This document shows, piece after piece, positions 27,975 to 36,035 of a DNA stretch of 38,370 nucleotides. The stretch is from a virus. Lineage: Duplodnaviria; Heunggongvirae; Uroviricota; Caudoviricetes. The notes under the pieces are model-generated. The model was not told the DNA's origin. It was given only the letters and a program-made list of their open reading frames with translations, and ran no database searches. Every line of letters begins with the position of its first letter. Positions within the stretch are counted from its first letter, which is position 1. The DNA lies in the IMG/VR virus record IMGVR_UViG_2645727901_000003, positions 1 to 38,370 of that record. One strand, 5' to 3'. Both the position numbers and the translations under genes were made by a program.

Positions 27975-28682
27975 TTAGCCATAAAGCACTTCGGCCGCAC
28001 TACGCTGGCCTTGATTACTGCCATCGACCATGCCGTCTTCAGACATGGCTTTACCGACTTTGATGAAGGCTTTAACCAGTTCAGGGTGGTTACCAAGACC
28101 AGTACCTTCCAGATATTCTTTCAGTTCAGGCGTACCAAACTGAGCAAGAGCACGCTGTGCAGCACTCAGGTTGCCGGTGAGCTTATCGCCGCCAATCTCC
28201 TTGTCTGCTTTAACATCAGCAGCCCACTGCTCGGTGGTTTTCTGCCATGCTTCAACCTGTTGCTGCTGGACCATTGGCATGATCTTGGTGCCGTACAGGT
28301 CGACCATCTTCTGCGCCTGCTCATTGGTGAGGTTCAGTTCACGGGCGATCGGTTCGAACTGTTCCAGAGCAGCAGCATCAAGCTCCAGGCCTTCAGCTGG
28401 TTTGAACTCGTATTTCTCTGGCGCACCGTCCTGCTTCTGCTCTTTGTCTTCACCAGGCTTTTCCTCTTCTGGCTTATCACCATCAGCAGGCTTTTCTTCC
28501 TGATGTTTGTCACCTTCAGCGCCTGGCTGTGGCTTATCGCCTTCTGATTTAGCCGGATCGCCAGCGGGTGCCTGATTATCACCAGTTGATGCTGCTGGTT
28601 CAGATGCAGCAGGAGCAGCGCCACCATCAGCAGGTTGTTCGTTGCAAAGGCTACGATGCAAAAGACGTTCAAACAAATTCAT
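27975..28682 (-). CDS. Scaffolding protein
   Basis: 235 aa, highly charged low-complexity Pro/Glu/Lys N-terminus, between portal and capsid. Confidence 0.55.
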   Translation of the reverse strand: MNLFERLLHRSLCNEQPADGGAAPAASEPAASTGDNQAPAGDPAKSEGDKPQPGAEGDKHQEEKPADGDKPEEEKPGEDKEQKQDGAPEKYEFKPAEGLELDAAALEQFEPIARELNLTNEQAQKMVDLYGTKIMPMVQQQQVEAWQKTTEQWAADVKADKEIGGDKLTGNLSAAQRALAQFGTPELKEYLEGTGLGNHPELVKAFIKVGKAMSEDGMVDGSNQGQRSAAEVLYG

Positions 28683-28693
28683 TGGTTATCTCC

Positions 28694-29017
28694 TTAAACC
28701 GGGATCGTTTTGGCTTTAAGTTGAGCCAGAACAGCGGCAAGAGTGGTGCGCAGTGCCGCGGTGTCAGTCAGCAGCGCGTTGTATTTTGAAACCAGGTCGT
28801 TGTGGTCTGTGAGCAAGCCAGCAACATCAGACGCCGAAGATGCTGTGTCCGCTGTTGCAGTCATGGCTGCTGGCGCCGCGATTGTCGCGCCCAGTTTTAC
28901 ACCGCCGTAATCAGTCGTGGTCGGAGCGCCAATTACTGCCGGAGCAGGATCCGGAACCTCAACTACCTGGCTGGAACCATCTAGGCGCACGACGCGCTGG
29001 GTTTGTACCTGTGTCAT
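28694..29017 (-). CDS. Small head-assembly protein
   Basis: 107 aa from internal ATG at 29017 (ATGA overlap with upstream stop); ORF track N-extension overlaps neighbour. Confidence 0.35.
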   Translation of the reverse strand: MTQVQTQRVVRLDGSSQVVEVPDPAPAVIGAPTTTDYGGVKLGATIAAPAAMTATADTASSASDVAGLLTDHNDLVSKYNALLTDTAALRTTLAAVLAQLKAKTIPV

Positions 29018-29313
29018 AAATTGTCCTCTCTGGCCTCTGCGGCCATCTTCAGATACTGATCTGGGCAGTGCGTCATGACGCGCTGAAACATAACCAGAGC
29101 CAGGTTGCGCTGCCCTTCGTTGAATGCTGTGATGTGCGGATCTACGTTGAAGCAAGCTCCGAACACCTGACCTTTCTCAAGCAGTGACCAGATCACGCGT
29201 CGGCCCTGCTCGCTGCCCATAACGAACTGGATGTCGTCGATATCGCGCTGCGCCAGAAGTTGCTGTTTGGCGTCAATCTCTGCTTTTCGGCCTTCGTCAT
29301 CGATATCAGTCAT
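29014..29313 (-). CDS. Small phage protein (Bbp19-like?)
   Basis: 99 aa, coupled to portal gene. Confidence 0.3.
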   Translation of the reverse strand: MTDIDDEGRKAEIDAKQQLLAQRDIDDIQFVMGSEQGRRVIWSLLEKGQVFGACFNVDPHITAFNEGQRNLALVMFQRVMTHCPDQYLKMAAEAREDNL

Positions 29314-30980
29314 TGCTGCGGTGCTCCTGCTGCATTAGCGATAGCGGTTAATGCGCTCGGGTCAGTGGTCTGCGTTTCGCTGAGAGTCTTGGCTCCCTGT
29401 GCTGCGGCCTGCCCCATTGCCATTGCCTGTGCGGCTTGTGCCTGTTTGGCGCGCTCTTCACGAATACCCTGTACCTGCTCCTGCGGAACGATGACCGTTG
29501 GCGATACGCCGGACATTTCTGAGAACGCGTCGATAGCCTCATCCACGTCGAGCTTGTCGAGTGCTTCAGGTTTGAATTGTGCGAGTTGACCGATGAAGCC
29601 AACGGTCTGCGACAGACTGGTGAGGCCGATAGATTTCTGTGCCTGCGCCATCACGGATATGTATTCGATACGCAGCGGCATACCCTGCATAACGTCCGGC
29701 GGTGGAGGAAGCATGTTCTTGCGCGCCATGATGGAGAACACGCGGTCAATAAGCGGGTTAAGTGCTTCGTCGTTCAGGCGCTCCAGTACCGGACCGAGCA
29801 TCAGCAGTTTCTCTTCCTTCATCTCGATCACCGCTTCCACCGGCATAGAGCGGGTGTTGATGTTTTGCAGCATCATGAAGAGGTCGACGAAGTAGGCGCT
29901 GTTGATGGTCTGGCGGGTATCCTGAATGTCAGCGAGCAGATCTGCTGTATTCGGGTTTACCAGGTATGCAGGCTTGAAACCGTCCTGACCGCTCAACACA
30001 TCGAGGTACGTCACATCACCAGGCAGCAGGGAAACACGCTGTGTTTTTAGCGAGGTAGGTGCAACCATAGGCGGGTTAGTAGCTTTATCGATGAGTTGGG
30101 CTTTACGCTTCTGCTCAACCTGAAGCGCTTTGACCTGACCGAGAGCCAGCATGCCAGGGCAGGATGAGGCGTAAACGTCCTCGCCGTTAACTTCCCAGCG
30201 TGGAGCCAGGATCGGAAATTCATCGAAGCCAGATTCACGCAGCAGCTTGTCGGAGTCGCCGCCAGTCTCAAAGTACACGGAGCGGAACGGTTTGTTCTTG
30301 CTGTCCATCTTCCCGGTATCACGGTTAACGTTTGGAGTAATGCAGTGGTTAACCTCGATCCACGTTTCATACGTGCCGTTTTGCCACATCCCTTGCACCG
30401 ATGAGCTGACATTATCCAGACCGAATTCCTGCACAAGCTGGCGAACAGTCATGGAGAACTGACGGAAGGATGTGTCGACGCTGCCGCGCGGACTGTTAGC
30501 CAGGTAGTAGCTGCCAATGGGGAAAGGCATTGTGCGGATCACGTCCTGGTCATCTTCGAGCACAGCCATTGCAGCGGTACCGAAAGTTCCCAGGCTGGCG
30601 TACATGACAGGCAGTGACTGATACAGGTTAGACTTGTTGAACACTTCGTTCATACGGCGCTGCACGACTTCAAGCCACACCTTAACCGGTCCGTAATCCA
30701 TCATGTCAGGGTCAGGCGTTGCCAGTTTGAACCATGGGCGGGCCGGGCTGGTGATGCCGGACATCATGCCGCTGGACAGAATGCGCTGAGCCATTGAACC
30801 GGTAGGATCAACAATCTTGGTATTACGACGATCATCACGGTTTACATCAGACGTCAGAAAGCGGGAACCGCGCGGATTGATGAAGTCGCTCAGGTCACGC
30901 CAGTGTGACTCGAACGATGTGCGCTCATTCTTCAACTGTGCGAGTTGCTTCAGCAGACGCTCTTTTTCGGTTTCCGCCAT
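29310..30980 (-). CDS. Portal / head-to-tail connector protein (T7 gp8-like)
   Basis: 556 aa; C-terminal QAQAAQAMAMGQAAAQGAKT resembles recalled T7 connector C-terminus; follows terL. Confidence 0.65.
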   Translation of the reverse strand: MAETEKERLLKQLAQLKNERTSFESHWRDLSDFINPRGSRFLTSDVNRDDRRNTKIVDPTGSMAQRILSSGMMSGITSPARPWFKLATPDPDMMDYGPVKVWLEVVQRRMNEVFNKSNLYQSLPVMYASLGTFGTAAMAVLEDDQDVIRTMPFPIGSYYLANSPRGSVDTSFRQFSMTVRQLVQEFGLDNVSSSVQGMWQNGTYETWIEVNHCITPNVNRDTGKMDSKNKPFRSVYFETGGDSDKLLRESGFDEFPILAPRWEVNGEDVYASSCPGMLALGQVKALQVEQKRKAQLIDKATNPPMVAPTSLKTQRVSLLPGDVTYLDVLSGQDGFKPAYLVNPNTADLLADIQDTRQTINSAYFVDLFMMLQNINTRSMPVEAVIEMKEEKLLMLGPVLERLNDEALNPLIDRVFSIMARKNMLPPPPDVMQGMPLRIEYISVMAQAQKSIGLTSLSQTVGFIGQLAQFKPEALDKLDVDEAIDAFSEMSGVSPTVIVPQEQVQGIREERAKQAQAAQAMAMGQAAAQGAKTLSETQTTDPSALTAIANAAGAPQQ

Positions 30981-30994
30981 CTCTGCCTACTCCG

Positions 30995-31201
30995 TTACTG
31001 ACCGAGCAGCGTTTTACCGCTGGTGTTTGCGGTTGAGGTGTCGCCCTGCGCACCAGTCAGCAGAGTGGAACTGCGGCCAGCGGCTGCACGGCGGCGGCGC
31101 TCTTCGTCATCACGAGAACTGACAACTGCTGCATCCTGCTCCTGTGGCGCGGCCTGTACTTCTGGTGCTGCTGGCACTGATGGCTTGCTGCCGATACACA
31201 T
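30995..31201 (-). CDS. Small low-complexity protein upstream of portal
   Basis: 68 aa, ATG with GGAG Shine-Dalgarno; may be spurious. Confidence 0.3.
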   Translation of the reverse strand: MCIGSKPSVPAAPEVQAAPQEQDAAVVSSRDDEERRRRAAAGRSSTLLTGAQGDTSTANTSGKTLLGQ

Positions 31202-31290
31202 AGCAATAGCTCCGTACGCAATTAAATTATTACCAATTTAACCACATATGATTTATTTAGCGTAGGATATTGACACATATAACATCAGAT

Positions 31291-31307
31291 ATTACCTTTT
31301 AGGTAAT
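31291..31307. promoter_or_regulatory. 17-bp palindrome ATTACCT-TTT-AGGTAAT (candidate operator), copy 2
   Basis: Same half-sites as 12481..12497; overlaps the -35 region of an extended -10 element. Confidence 0.45.
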
Positions 31308-31313
31308 TGATGT

Positions 31314-31322
31314 TGATATAAC
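31314..31322 (+). promoter_or_regulatory. Candidate extended -10 promoter element (TGaTATAAC)
   Basis: TG-N-TATAAC; TTGACA hexamer at 31270..31275 lacks a properly spaced -10. Confidence 0.3.
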
Positions 31323-32006
31323 TCAGTGGTTGTACGGCATATGGCACATGTGCCGCAGCGGTCCGGATGGGTTCCCTTGATGCTACTTCCCCAGCCGGGT
31401 AGCCGGAATGTGCAAGCCAGTGTTAGGTAAGCACGGACAGACGACTCACCATCGTGGCGATACGGTGTGACACCTCGGAAGAGACGAGGATGCAACGATG
31501 AGAGCATTGCAGGTTTACATGGTGGACATGATTGCCACGGAGTACGAAGCAAAGTGCAGTGCTCTCAATGTTGTGGTTTTCCTGATGCTAGTTGGTTCGG
31601 TTGCGGCGGATACCAAGGCGACGAAGGAAATGCTGACGCACAGCACCACAGCAACGAAAGCCGCTAATCGGTTATGAGGATTCGCGCCTGACGGGTCGAA
31701 ATTTGCGGCATCAGGCACATAACAGGTAAGAGCATTGAACCCGTAGACCTCGCGGATTGGTGAAAGGTGCCGCGCAGTGCTCTTTCCGTTGTGGTGAATG
31801 GCGGGGCTGACCGTCAAACGGTTGAGAAAAGATAAGCAGGCGAAACGTTCTAAGCGAGCATATGGACTGATCGAACGCGGATGGAACGGGCGGTTACGAT
31901 ATTGAAACACCGCGCCACTGAGCTGGAGTTCAGCACCAGCCACCACAAACGAATCACGTTAGGACCGTGGTAAACCGTAGTGCCAATGTAATTGCTGTGT
32001 GACTTT

Positions 32007-32059
32007 GTCGGTGCCAGATTCATCCCGAGTTGCCCCTCGCTGGTACCGACACTTTTTTT
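32007..32059 (+). terminator. Intrinsic terminator-like hairpin
   Basis: GTCGGTGCCAG ... CTGGTACCGAC stem with one G-U wobble, then UUUUUUU. Confidence 0.45.
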
Positions 32060-32132
32060 ACAGCAGAACGCCATTGCGATGACGTTGCGCTGTAAACCCG
32101 TAACTGCCATGGAAGGCACCCTTACTTCCAGT

Positions 32133-32158
32133 TCGCCCACTTCGGTGGGCATTTTTTT
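32133..32158 (+). terminator. Intrinsic terminator directly upstream of ORF RBS
   Basis: GCCCAC-UUCG-GUGGGC then AUUUUUUU; AAGGTGAG Shine-Dalgarno and ATG at 32170 follow. Confidence 0.65.
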
Positions 32159-32169
32159 AAGGTGAGATT

Positions 32170-32601
32170 ATGAGCAAAGACCTGTTTGACATGAAGCGCC
32201 TTCCGGTTGACCGGGTTGCTGCGAGAGTTGTTGGTAAGGGCGTGGATTGGACACCAAACAAAGTTATCCAGACAGGAGACAGCGATCTGCCGTTGCCAGT
32301 GTTTTCTGTATATAACATTAAAAACCCGCAACAACGGCGAGAAGTGAAAGCAATGATCGGAAGAAAGCGCGGGAGATTGACAATAATTGGCCTTGCTGTC
32401 ACGCAAGGAGCAAAAAATAAAGGTGCTCGCTATGTTGCTCGTTGTGTTTGCGGGATTTATACGTATCGCCGAGCAAAAAATTTCAAGAATAATTCCGATG
32501 AGTTTGATGGCTGCGAACGATGCAGGGAGTTGCTGTTTTTGAAACGAGATGAGGTCCATCGCAGAACTGGAAAATGGGTAGAATGGAAAGATTTGATATA
32601 A
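32170..32601 (+). CDS. Zinc-ribbon protein of unknown function (antisense moron)
   Basis: 143 aa; strong Shine-Dalgarno; CVCG...CERC Cys pairs; basic. Confidence 0.55.
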   Translation: MSKDLFDMKRLPVDRVAARVVGKGVDWTPNKVIQTGDSDLPLPVFSVYNIKNPQQRREVKAMIGRKRGRLTIIGLAVTQGAKNKGARYVARCVCGIYTYRRAKNFKNNSDEFDGCERCRELLFLKRDEVHRRTGKWVEWKDLI

Positions 32602-32604
32602 CGC

Positions 32605-32618
32605 TGTGACATGTCACA
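32605..32618. repeat. Palindrome TGTGACATGTCACA (GTGACATGTCAC copy 2)
   Basis: 14-bp perfect palindrome just after the ORF stop and before the terminator. Confidence 0.6.
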
Positions 32619-32621
32619 TTC

Positions 32622-32646
32622 AGCCCGCCGATGCGCGGGCTTTTTT
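32622..32646 (+). terminator. Intrinsic terminator
   Basis: AGCCCGC-CGATGC-GCGGGCU then UUUUUU. Confidence 0.65.
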
Positions 32647-32688
32647 GTATGGCATAATCACTCATTCGATTATCACAGCGAGTGGACC

Positions 32689-32970
32689 ATGAAAATTAAA
32701 CAAAAAATTGTTAATACCTTTGTGAACTCAACCCATGAGTGGAACATGGCCATGCACAATGCCATTGAAAGAAAGGTATTTGAAGGATTTGAAAGCACAT
32801 TCCCTAATGGATTAAAAGACCCTGCTGAGACCGGTGAAAGAATAGAGTCAATGCGTGCATTCTATTATCAGCGCATGATGAATACCGCATCACTTTTGCT
32901 AACTGGTGCGTCACTAATCATTGCATTAGTTGCCTTGGTTGTAGCTCTGATATCAATTCACTATGCATAG
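32689..32970 (+). CDS. Tail-anchored small membrane protein (antisense moron)
   Basis: 93 aa from MKIKQ (ORF track begins at 32611); C-terminal TM helix LLLTGASLIIALVALVVALISI; 3' end overlaps terL stop convergently. Confidence 0.45.
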   Translation: MKIKQKIVNTFVNSTHEWNMAMHNAIERKVFEGFESTFPNGLKDPAETGERIESMRAFYYQRMMNTASLLLTGASLIIALVALVVALISIHYA

Positions 32971-34436
32971 GGGTCGTATTCTGTCAACGCCTTGCCCTGC
33001 TGGCTTTGCTGTCCTGGTATATTCATACGTTTCGACACCGGGAAAGCAAACGTCAGCAGCAGCGCATCACCCTTGCCAGGAGAACGGCCTAACCGCTCTT
33101 TGATATCTTCCTTCGGCTCAATAACTATCTTGCCGTCCACCCTGACTTTGTACTCAGCCGCCGACAGGTCGTCAGCCGTTTCCTGGTCATCCAGTGCGCC
33201 ACCAATTTTCAGCCACGTTTTGCAGCTGTTGAACATCTCGCCGCGCTTGTTGAGCATCTGCGGATCGGTAGAGCCGCCGCCGAAAGGTATCAGTTGCCAG
33301 GAACGGCCCCAGCCATCACCGATTGACTTCAGCCCGGTACCATACCCGAAGTCGATGAATACAGCGTCAGCCTGGTACTGGTCTTCAAAATCAGCGATAC
33401 GCTTTGCCATAATCAGATCATCGGTTGTCTTATTGCCGGTCCATAGCACTTTGCTGTGAAGCCCCTGGCGCAGGTATATCACCGCGTCATCCACACCGGA
33501 ATACGCCGGGTCAACACCGATAATCACCGGAGCGTGCGCCACCTGCCCGGCTGTCACCACGCGCTTCATTGCGGAATCAGTCAGGCCTGTCGGGATAAAC
33601 TGGAGTTCAGACGCATCAGGGAAGATCCCGCGTACACGAACTTTCACGAAGTCGCTATCCTCGCCGTAGTCATCAACCCACTTCTGCAACTGCTGCTTGT
33701 TGGTGCCTTCCACGGTGCGGCTGTCTATCTGCGCGCACTTCCAGCGGTGTTTGTATTTGCGGAAGCATTCACGGAAACGCCCGGTGTTACGCGTAGGGTT
33801 CCCGAACGCCACCCAGATGATTTCGGTGTCTTCGTCCGTCAGCGCACCCTCGGCAACTTCCCACACCAGATCGGCAATGTTGGACGCTTCATCGAATACA
33901 ACGATGATGCGCTTGCGTTCGTTGTGCAGACCGGCGAACGCCTCGGTGTTGTGTTCAGACCATGGAATAGCATCAGCGCGCCAGCGTTTGTCGTGACCGG
34001 GATCGTTGCTGTACATCGCGGTGGCGGTGCAGGTGAACCACTCTTTCGTGATAGCCAGGTTCGACCATTTGATGATTTCAGGCCATGTTTTGGTGCGCAG
34101 CTGGTTGTCGGTGTTGGCGGTCACCACCACCTTGCAGTCTTCACAGGTAGACATGCCCCAGTTGATGAGCATCGAGATGAACGCAGATTTACCGATACCG
34201 TGGCCGGATGCGCGGGCCAACATCAGCGGCTGGTGACGCGTTGCTGGATTCTGCAGGTGATCGCGTATCTCGCGGAATGCGTCTGCCTGCCATTTTCGCG
34301 GGCCGGTGGCATGCGCCAGTTCTGTCCCCTCTTCGCCCCACGGAAACGCATACAGCGAATAGCCCAGCGGGTCATATGTGAACGATGCAATATCCTCGAC
34401 AAGCTGCTCTTCCGGCGACATGGCTGCGGCTGTCAT
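32961..34436 (-). CDS. terL: Terminase large subunit
   Basis: 491 aa; Walker A-like GHGIGKS; ATGA overlap with terS stop. Confidence 0.75.
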   Translation of the reverse strand: MTAAAMSPEEQLVEDIASFTYDPLGYSLYAFPWGEEGTELAHATGPRKWQADAFREIRDHLQNPATRHQPLMLARASGHGIGKSAFISMLINWGMSTCEDCKVVVTANTDNQLRTKTWPEIIKWSNLAITKEWFTCTATAMYSNDPGHDKRWRADAIPWSEHNTEAFAGLHNERKRIIVVFDEASNIADLVWEVAEGALTDEDTEIIWVAFGNPTRNTGRFRECFRKYKHRWKCAQIDSRTVEGTNKQQLQKWVDDYGEDSDFVKVRVRGIFPDASELQFIPTGLTDSAMKRVVTAGQVAHAPVIIGVDPAYSGVDDAVIYLRQGLHSKVLWTGNKTTDDLIMAKRIADFEDQYQADAVFIDFGYGTGLKSIGDGWGRSWQLIPFGGGSTDPQMLNKRGEMFNSCKTWLKIGGALDDQETADDLSAAEYKVRVDGKIVIEPKEDIKERLGRSPGKGDALLLTFAFPVSKRMNIPGQQSQQGKALTEYDPYA

Positions 34437-35026
34437 TCTTCACCACCATCCAGCTCTTTCACGCGACGGCGGGCCTTCGCCATGCGGTCGGCAATGGTGA
34501 CGGTGCCGGAAACCTCCAGGCGCTCTTTGAACGCATTGACGTCGACGTGCTTACCGATAAGCTCGAGGTTCTTCACCTTGTCAGGCCATTTGATTTTTTT
34601 GAGGATTGTTTCTATCGAATCCTCGTTCATATTCATGATGGTCGATGACAAATCGAAACCGCTCAGTGTAGTACGCCATATCTTTGGCCACTCGCGGATA
34701 GGCTTCAGTGTGCCGTCATCGTTCAGGATATCGATCACGTCCATCTGGTCAATTTCCACCAGGCGGAGCAGTACGTAGTCCGCACTGACGCGCAAACGCT
34801 TGTTACGCTCTTCCATCAGTTCGGCGATCCGTTTCTGGATACGCTCATCACGCATCATGACACTGGCCTTGACTGCCGCCGTATTTGGCGAAAATCCTGC
34901 GTTAATCGCTGCCTGAGTCTGATTCTCAGGGCATTTGGTATATTCCTGCGCGTAAGCCTCCTGCATCGCTGTAATTGGCTTATACTGCGTTGATTTGCGT
35001 TTTGGTGCTTTTGGTTCTGCGGGCAT
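34433..35026 (-). CDS. terS: Terminase small subunit
   Basis: About 197 aa from ATG at 35026 (ORF track TTG start at 35074); position and basic/helical character. Confidence 0.55.
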   Translation of the reverse strand: MPAEPKAPKRKSTQYKPITAMQEAYAQEYTKCPENQTQAAINAGFSPNTAAVKASVMMRDERIQKRIAELMEERNKRLRVSADYVLLRLVEIDQMDVIDILNDDGTLKPIREWPKIWRTTLSGFDLSSTIMNMNEDSIETILKKIKWPDKVKNLELIGKHVDVNAFKERLEVSGTVTIADRMAKARRRVKELDGGEE

Positions 35027-35069
35027 TGTTACCACCGAAGTAATAATTACCGTTTTGGTAATAGTAACA

Positions 35070-35098
35070 CGCAAAACAAAGCCGCCATAGTCGGCGGC
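35070..35098 (-). terminator. Intrinsic terminator
   Basis: GCCGCC-ATAGTC-GGCGGC hairpin followed on the minus strand by UUUGUUUUG. Confidence 0.55.
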
Positions 35099-35103
35099 CT
35101 TTG

Positions 35104-35361
35104 CTAAATAAGTTTAAATTCATCGTCAAATGCCTGACCGTTATTAACCATTCCATCATGCACAACGCTGTAGTGCATACAATCGCGGAGAGACATTGGT
35201 TTTTCAAACTCAAGCCAGAAACAATCAACATAAGCCTTACCCAACCAGAATCCTCCGCCATACTCTTTTGCTCGTTGTATTATCAGCCAGCTACCATCTG
35301 GTACGCTTTCGATAAACTCACCCCGATAGATGATCGTGCAATTTGGATTTTTTGACCCCAT
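35104..35361 (-). CDS. Small protein under a LexA box (SOS-inducible; candidate antirepressor or other SOS effector)
   Basis: 85 aa; ATG with GGTGA Shine-Dalgarno; LexA box 18-37 bp upstream; own terminator. Confidence 0.5.
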   Translation of the reverse strand: MGSKNPNCTIIYRGEFIESVPDGSWLIIQRAKEYGGGFWLGKAYVDCFWLEFEKPMSLRDCMHYSVVHDGMVNNGQAFDDEFKLI

Positions 35362-35378
35362 GTTATTTCACCGAAAAT

Positions 35379-35398
35379 TACTGTATAAATACACAGTA
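35379..35398. promoter_or_regulatory. LexA (SOS) box TACTGTATAAATACACAGTA
   Basis: Perfect CTGT-N8-ACAG with TA flanks and AT-rich spacer; TTGACG -35-like hexamer upstream on the minus strand. Confidence 0.7.
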
Positions 35399-35428
35399 CA
35401 ATTGCAATGAAATTCCGTCAACATCTAC

Positions 35429-35440
35429 GTGACATGTCAC
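35429..35440. repeat. Palindrome GTGACATGTCAC, copy 3
   Basis: Overlaps the TGA stop of the 35437..35775 gene in the same register as copy 1. Confidence 0.6.
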
Positions 35441-35775
35441 ACTGATAACTTAGTCTCATGCCAGCCACGTGTCACCCAACATGCTGAATCACCATCACAC
35501 GGGCATGAATCGACTGGCAGCGCATCGTCGCACTTGCCGCAGCGGTTGGTGCTGATTGACTTGATACGGCCACGAACTCGCGCATCATCCTGGCGGATAA
35601 GCAACGCGATGTACTCGCTCATCTCATACGGCGCACGACCAGGGCGCCGGGCGGCGCAGTTCCGCGCCAGCATCTCATGCTCCTGCTCATCGAGTTGCAA
35701 TTCAAGCTTGCGGTTACCAGATTCAGCCTGGCGGGCCCGCTGCGCGGCTTTGCGTTCTGCTGCGGATTTAGCCAT
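35437..35775 (-). CDS. Early-region protein with C-terminal Cys cluster
   Basis: 112 aa from ATG 35775 with GGAGGTGA Shine-Dalgarno; CGKCDD...CPCDGDSAC. Confidence 0.45.
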   Translation of the reverse strand: MAKSAAERKAAQRARQAESGNRKLELQLDEQEHEMLARNCAARRPGRAPYEMSEYIALLIRQDDARVRGRIKSISTNRCGKCDDALPVDSCPCDGDSACWVTRGWHETKLSV

Positions 35776-36035
35776 TACCTCACCTCCAGTCTCCATACCG
35801 CCTGACCAATCCGGCTGGCATGGGTATCTTTAGATACTGTTCCGTCTTTAGCCAGCTCCATAAGAATTTTGCGCAAATCTGCCGAGCGCCATTCTTCATC
35901 AGGAAATTCCTTCTCCATTGCCAACCGCAGATTCCAGGTTGCTATCGTGAATGGATATTCCCCGCCGAGAGCTTTCTCTTGCAGGGCCGCACGGGAACGT
36001 ATCACCTGCAAAACCTTCTCTTTTACATCCATCAT
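35775..36035 (-). CDS. Early-region hypothetical protein
   Basis: 86 aa from ATG 36035 with AGGAGG Shine-Dalgarno, ATGA overlap with upstream stop. Confidence 0.4.
   Translation of the reverse strand: MMDVKEKVLQVIRSRAALQEKALGGEYPFTIATWNLRLAMEKEFPDEEWRSADLRKILMELAKDGTVSKDTHASRIGQAVWRLEVR

Larger units (their letters stand above)
31330..32158 (+). ncRNA. Candidate long structured non-coding RNA or regulatory leader
   Basis: About 0.83 kb without convincing ORF on either strand; local hairpins; two plus-strand intrinsic terminators at the 3' end. Confidence 0.3.

Noticed and set aside
31270-31275. TTGACA hexamer as the -35 of the plus-strand promoter
   Set aside because: No acceptable -10 at 16-18 bp spacing; the extended -10 at 31314..31322 fits better
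31261-32169. Retron msr/msd, group I/II intron, tmRNA or RNase P identity for the long non-coding region
   Set aside because: No reverse transcriptase ORF is present, and I could not see the T-loop GTTCGAATC, a group II domain V or the RNase P conserved core; identity left open
31292-32559. Minus-strand ORFs of 81-145 aa overlapping one another in the terL-portal gap
   Set aside because: They overlap in different frames and have Cys/Arg-rich, non-protein-like composition with no start context; treated as non-coding
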